DNA of 64,000 nucleotides from Propionivibrio dicarboxylicus (GTDB lineage Bacteria; Pseudomonadota; Gammaproteobacteria; Burkholderiales; Rhodocyclaceae): NCBI GenBank assembly GCA_945902805.1, contig CAMDMZ010000016.1, positions 27,420 to 91,419 of the forward strand, read 5' to 3'. Shown piece by piece: positions 58,241 to 64,000 of this stretch (position 1 is its first letter; each line of letters starts with the position of its first letter). The notes under the pieces were generated by a model. It saw only the letters and a program-made list of their open reading frames with translations, ran no database searches and was not told where the DNA came from. The position numbers and the translations under genes were made by a program.

Positions 58241-58255
58241 GTTTGTTGCAACGGG

Positions 58256-58279
58256 AAAGGGCGCCCCGGCGCCCTTTTT
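58256..58279 (+). terminator. intrinsic terminator/attenuator between ahpC and ahpF
   Basis: AAAGGGCGC-cccg-GCGCCCTTT followed by TT, 16 nt after the ahpC stop. Confidence 0.75.
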
Positions 58280-58322
58280 CCGGCCTCATCAATAGTTAAT
58301 ATCGATTGAATCGGAGAAAGTC

Positions 58323-59888
58323 ATGCTAGAAGCCAATATCAAAGCCCAACTCGGCGCTTACCTCGAAAAGCTGCAGCGCCCCATCGAACTGGTTGCCTCG
58401 CTCGACGACAGCAGCAGTGCTCATGAAATGCGCAGCCTGCTGGAGGATATTGCGAGCCTCTCCGCCAAGGTCGCAGTCCGCTTCGATGGCGCCGATGCAC
58501 GCAAACCCTCATTTTCGGTCGCCGCCGTCGGCGAAGCCCCGCGCATCCGCTTTGCCGGCCTGCCGATGGGCCACGAATTCACCTCGATGGTGCTCGCTCT
58601 GCTCCAAACCGGCGGCCATCCGCCCAAGGTCGAGGCCGCGCTGATCGAGCAGATCAAAGCTATCCCCGGCAAGTTCAAGTTTGAGACTTACGTTTCGCTG
58701 GAATGCCATAACTGCCCGGACGTCATCCAGGCACTCAATCTCATGGCCGTGCTCAATCCCGGCTTTGAAAACGTGATGATCGACGGCTCCCTGTATCAGA
58801 AGGAAGTCGAAGAACGCCAAATCATGGCGGTGCCCATGGTCTTCCTCAACGGTGAACATTTTGGACAGGGTCGCATGTCCATTGAGGAAATCGTCGCCAA
58901 GCTCGATACTGGCGCGGCAACACGCGAGGCCGAAAAGCTCGACGCCAAAGAAGCCTACGACGTACTCGTCGTCGGCGGTGGCCCGGCCGGTTCAGCGGCA
59001 GCGATCTACGCCGCACGCAAAGGCATTCGCACCGGCGTGGTCGCCGAGCGTTTCGGCGGCCAGGTGATGGATACCCTGGGCATCGAGAACTTCATCTCGG
59101 TACAACACACCGAAGGCCCCAAGCTGGTTGCCGCACTCGAGCAGCACGTCAAGGAATACGGTGTCGATATCATGAATCTGCAGCGGGCCGAGGCCTTGAT
59201 TCCGGCCGAAACCAATGGCGGATTGCATCAACTCAAGCTCACCAGCGGCGCGACGCTGAAAGCGAAGAACATCATCCTTGCCACCGGCGCCCGCTGGCGC
59301 GAAATGAACGTGCCGGGTGAACAGCAATACAAGGCCAAGGGCGTCTGTTTCTGCCCGCATTGCGACGGCCCGCTGTTCAAGGGCAAGCGCGTCGGCGTGA
59401 TCGGCGGCGGCAACTCTGGCGTTGAAGCGGCGATCGACCTGGCTGGCATCGTGGCGCATGTCACGCTGATCGAGTTTGACACCAAGCTGCGCGCTGATGC
59501 GGTATTGCAAGACAAATTGCGCAGCCTGCCCAACGTGACGATCATCATGAACGCGCTCACCACCGAAGTGACCGGTGATGGCGAGAAGATGAATGGTCTG
59601 TTCTACAAGGATCGCGCCACCGAGGCCCTGCACCACATCGAAATGGAAGGCGTCTTCGTCCAGATCGGTCTGTTGCCGAATACCGCGTGGCTCAAGGGAA
59701 CCCTCAACCTCAGCAAACATGGCGAGATCGAGATCGATGCGCGCTGTCATACCTCCGTGCCTGGCGTCTTTGCTGCGGGCGATGCGACGACCGTGCCTTA
59801 CAAGCAGATCATTATCGCCATGGGTGAAGGCGCCAAAGCCAGTTTGTCGGCCTTTGATCACCTGATCCGCAGTTCCAGCAATTCCTGA
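58323..59888 (+). CDS. ahpF: alkyl hydroperoxide reductase subunit F
   Basis: 521 aa. N-terminal CHNC, FAD motif [12 protein letters not shown] and redox CPHC. Confidence 0.95.
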   Translation: MLEANIKAQLGAYLEKLQRPIELVASLDDSSSAHEMRSLLEDIASLSAKVAVRFDGADARKPSFSVAAVGEAPRIRFAGLPMGHEFTSMVLALLQTGGHPPKVEAALIEQIKAIPGKFKFETYVSLECHNCPDVIQALNLMAVLNPGFENVMIDGSLYQKEVEERQIMAVPMVFLNGEHFGQGRMSIEEIVAKLDTGAATREAEKLDAKEAYDVLVVGGGPAGSAAAIYAARKGIRTGVVAERFGGQVMDTLGIENFISVQHTEGPKLVAALEQHVKEYGVDIMNLQRAEALIPAETNGGLHQLKLTSGATLKAKNIILATGARWREMNVPGEQQYKAKGVCFCPHCDGPLFKGKRVGVIGGGNSGVEAAIDLAGIVAHVTLIEFDTKLRADAVLQDKLRSLPNVTIIMNALTTEVTGDGEKMNGLFYKDRATEALHHIEMEGVFVQIGLLPNTAWLKGTLNLSKHGEIEIDARCHTSVPGVFAAGDATTVPYKQIIIAMGEGAKASLSAFDHLIRSSSNS

Positions 59889-59911
59889 TCAGGACGAAGA
59901 TTGCAAACACG

Positions 59912-59937
59912 ACGGGCACTACACGAGTGGTGTCCGT
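59912..59937 (+). terminator. hairpin after ahpF
   Basis: ACGGGCACTAC-acga-GTGGTGTCCGT: 11-bp stem with two G-T pairs, followed by TATTG. Weak U-tract. Confidence 0.4.
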
Positions 59938-59946
59938 TATTGCGTG

Positions 59947-59973
59947 AACAACTCGGCGCTGACAGGACGGCGC
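59947..59973 (-). repeat. dispersed repeat copy R13 (degenerate, about 4 mismatches)
   Basis: Plus strand reads AACAACTCGGCGCTGACAGGACGGCGC, in the ahpF-egtB spacer. Confidence 0.45.
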
Positions 59974-60093
59974 TGCATCAGGGTGATAACCACCGTGAGA
60001 GAATCTGGCAAAGGCAGTCCATGTACCGCCATTTCCCGCGCCCGAATTCTCGAGTGCACCTTGTAAGTTGCGGGGGCTTCCGCTCCGCGACGG

Positions 60094-61386
60094 TTGAACC
60101 AAACGGGAGCAATTATCTTGCAGTCGACTCAAGAATTACCACGGTCCGTCAGTTTGGCGGAACGCTATCAGTCCATCCGCCAGCGTACCCTCGCACTCGC
60201 TGCGCCGCTTTCCCCGGAAGACTGCTGCGTGCAGCCGATGGTGGAAGCCAGCCCGACCAAGTGGCATCTCGGGCATACCGCCTGGTTTTTTGAAACCTTT
60301 GTGCTGGAACCCTGGGAAGCGGATTTCCGGCCGTTTCACCCGGCGTTTCGTGTTCTGTTCAATTCCTACTACAACGCGGTAGGCAACAAGCACCCCCGTC
60401 CGCACCGCGGATTGCTGACGCGGCCAGGGTTGGACGAGGTTATCGCCTATCGCGCCAACGTTGATGAACGCGTGGCTAACTTGCTGGCCACGACCGGGGA
60501 TCAAGAACTTCAGGCCACCATTGAGCTCGGCTTGCATCACGAGCAGCAGCATCAGGAGTTGCTGCTCACCGATATCAAGTATTTGCTTTCGTGCAATCCG
60601 TTGTTTCCTGCCTACCACGACCGTATCTCGACGACGACCGAGAACCCGGTTATGGCCTGGATTTCGTTCGCTGGTGGCCTGGTCGAAATCGGGCATACCG
60701 GAAGCGCATTCAGCTTTGACAATGAGTCGCCGCGCCATGTTGTGTTTCTGCAGCCCTACGCGCTCTCTTCGCGACTGGTGACAAACGGTGAATATGCGAA
60801 ATTCATCGCATCCGGTGGCTATCGAGATCCTGCCCACTGGTTGGCGGAAGGTTGGGATTGGCGCGTAGCGCAGAATCGCGAAGCACCGCTGTATTGGCAT
60901 TCGCATGACACGCACCAAAAACATGAGGGAACCTGGGAGGAATTTACATTGGCAGGTTTGCGTCCACTCGATCCGGCGCAGCCAGTAGTGCATGTCTCGT
61001 ATTACGAGGCGGATGCCTACGCCCGTTGGGCCGGAGTGCGCCTGCCGACCGAGGCCGAGTGGGAACATGCTGCTGCCGCCCAGTCGCTCGATGGGCATTT
61101 TGCCAATGCAGGACTATTCCATCCGCGTTCTGCCACGGGAGCGGGCATTGTGCAGTTGTTCGGTGATACATGGGAGTGGACGCAGTCCGCCTATGCCCCT
61201 TATCCGGGATTCCGCGCGCCTGCAGGAGCAGTCGGCGAATACAACGGCAAATTCATGGTCAACCAGTACGTGCTCCGCGGTGGTTCCTGTGTCACGCCGG
61301 AAGGACACATCCGCAGCACGTATCGAAACTTCTTTCATGCCAATGCCTGTTGGCAGTTTTCGGGCATCCGACTAGCCAGATCCTGA
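60094..61386 (+). CDS. egtB: ergothioneine biosynthesis sulfoxide synthase, canonical EgtB type
   Basis: DinB-like domain WHLGHTAWFFETF and LHHEQQHQE (H-x3-H-x-E), then an FGE-sulfatase domain (RLPTEAEWE, GDTWEWT). No ATG start: TTG 60094, or TTG 60118 with GGGAG 8 nt upstream. Confidence 0.8.
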   Translation: MNQTGAIILQSTQELPRSVSLAERYQSIRQRTLALAAPLSPEDCCVQPMVEASPTKWHLGHTAWFFETFVLEPWEADFRPFHPAFRVLFNSYYNAVGNKHPRPHRGLLTRPGLDEVIAYRANVDERVANLLATTGDQELQATIELGLHHEQQHQELLLTDIKYLLSCNPLFPAYHDRISTTTENPVMAWISFAGGLVEIGHTGSAFSFDNESPRHVVFLQPYALSSRLVTNGEYAKFIASGGYRDPAHWLAEGWDWRVAQNREAPLYWHSHDTHQKHEGTWEEFTLAGLRPLDPAQPVVHVSYYEADAYARWAGVRLPTEAEWEHAAAAQSLDGHFANAGLFHPRSATGAGIVQLFGDTWEWTQSAYAPYPGFRAPAGAVGEYNGKFMVNQYVLRGGSCVTPEGHIRSTYRNFFHANACWQFSGIRLARS

Positions 61387-61529
61387 TCGCTTTGCCATGC
61401 GCCAAGCCGGACTCTTGCGATAGTCCAGACGCATCACCCTCATAGCGAGGATTCAATGGTCTTCAAGGTTTCCCTCGCGTACTCTTTGCGACATGGAGAG
61501 ATTTGACTCAATCCATACTTACACCATAG

Positions 61530-63716
<2,187 letters not shown>

Positions 63717-63750
63717 GACCAGACTGACTGGCGGGCAGCGCGCTACGGTG

Positions 63751-63776
63751 CGCCGTCCTGCCAGCGCCGACTTTTT
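63751..63776 (+). repeat. dispersed repeat copy R14
   Basis: CGCCGTCCTGCCAGCGCCGACTTTTT, 34 nt after the katG stop. Confidence 0.85.
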
Positions 63777-63831
63777 GATCCCTGGTCGCCGTGCAGAGTC
63801 TGTCGATTGTCCCTATTACAATCCGCGCACG

Positions 63832-64000
63832 ATGAGTCAGCCCGACTCCTATTCAAAACGTCTGCACGCTTCGCGCGTGATGCGCTCCCTGTACTGGGCT
63901 GGTGGCGTCCTGGCGTTGATGCTGGCGGCGCTCGGTGTGGTCTTGCCCGGCTTACCGACGACACCCTTCGTACTGGTCGCCGGTGCGTGTTTTGTTCGCG
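63832..64000 (+). CDS. YbaN/DUF454-family inner-membrane protein, N-terminal part (runs off the window)
   Basis: Hand translation from ATG 63832: MSQPDSYSKRLHASRVMRSLYWAGGVLALMLAALGVVLPGLPTTPFVLVAGACFVR. The GxxLPxLPTTPFxL pattern is typical of YbaN. Confidence 0.6.
   Translation, partial: MSQPDSYSKRLHASRVMRSLYWAGGVLALMLAALGVVLPGLPTTPFVLVAGACFVR

Overview
64-kb GC-rich chromosomal segment with a strong G/C third-codon-position bias. Gene content and the ppc / thioredoxin-like / hemCDXY synteny look betaproteobacterial, but that is inference only. About 50 densely packed protein-coding genes, many translationally coupled through ATGA/GTGA overlaps. By eye I found no rRNA, tRNA, CRISPR array, transposase or integrase. 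Blocks: (1) 1-5.8 kb: YHS protein, egtD, then senA-like, senB-like and an FAD-oxidoreductase::SelD fusion, which is a selenoneine-type cluster. (2) 6-16.7 kb, all minus strand: GGDEF, a six-gene Hyf/Ehr-like complex-I-related module whose hydrogenase-type large subunit lacks all four Ni-Fe cysteines, an orphan ArsM-like methyltransferase, an untracked 53-aa ORF and a second GGDEF. (3) DedA::disulfide-reductase fusion, a PP0621-like / PilS-like / PilR-like trio, ampD, and an Ala/Lys-repeat histone H1-like gene. (4) PEP-node genes (pckG, maeB, ppc), pbpG-like and emrAB. (5) 33.7-39.3 kb: a two-partner secretion pair whose 1280-aa TpsA ends in a caspase (C14) domain. (6) hemCDXY, hyi, FIST plus hybrid kinase, and an iorAB-folD-purE-hemF string. 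(7) RlmN-like gene, then ahpC-ahpF-egtB-katG. Across the whole window there are at least 14 copies of a non-palindromic ~26-nt repeat (CGCCGTCCYGCCAGCRCCGACTTTTT). Most copies sit at gene boundaries, but four are read in frame inside coding sequences. All functional calls rest on motif recognition in the supplied translations; no database search was possible.
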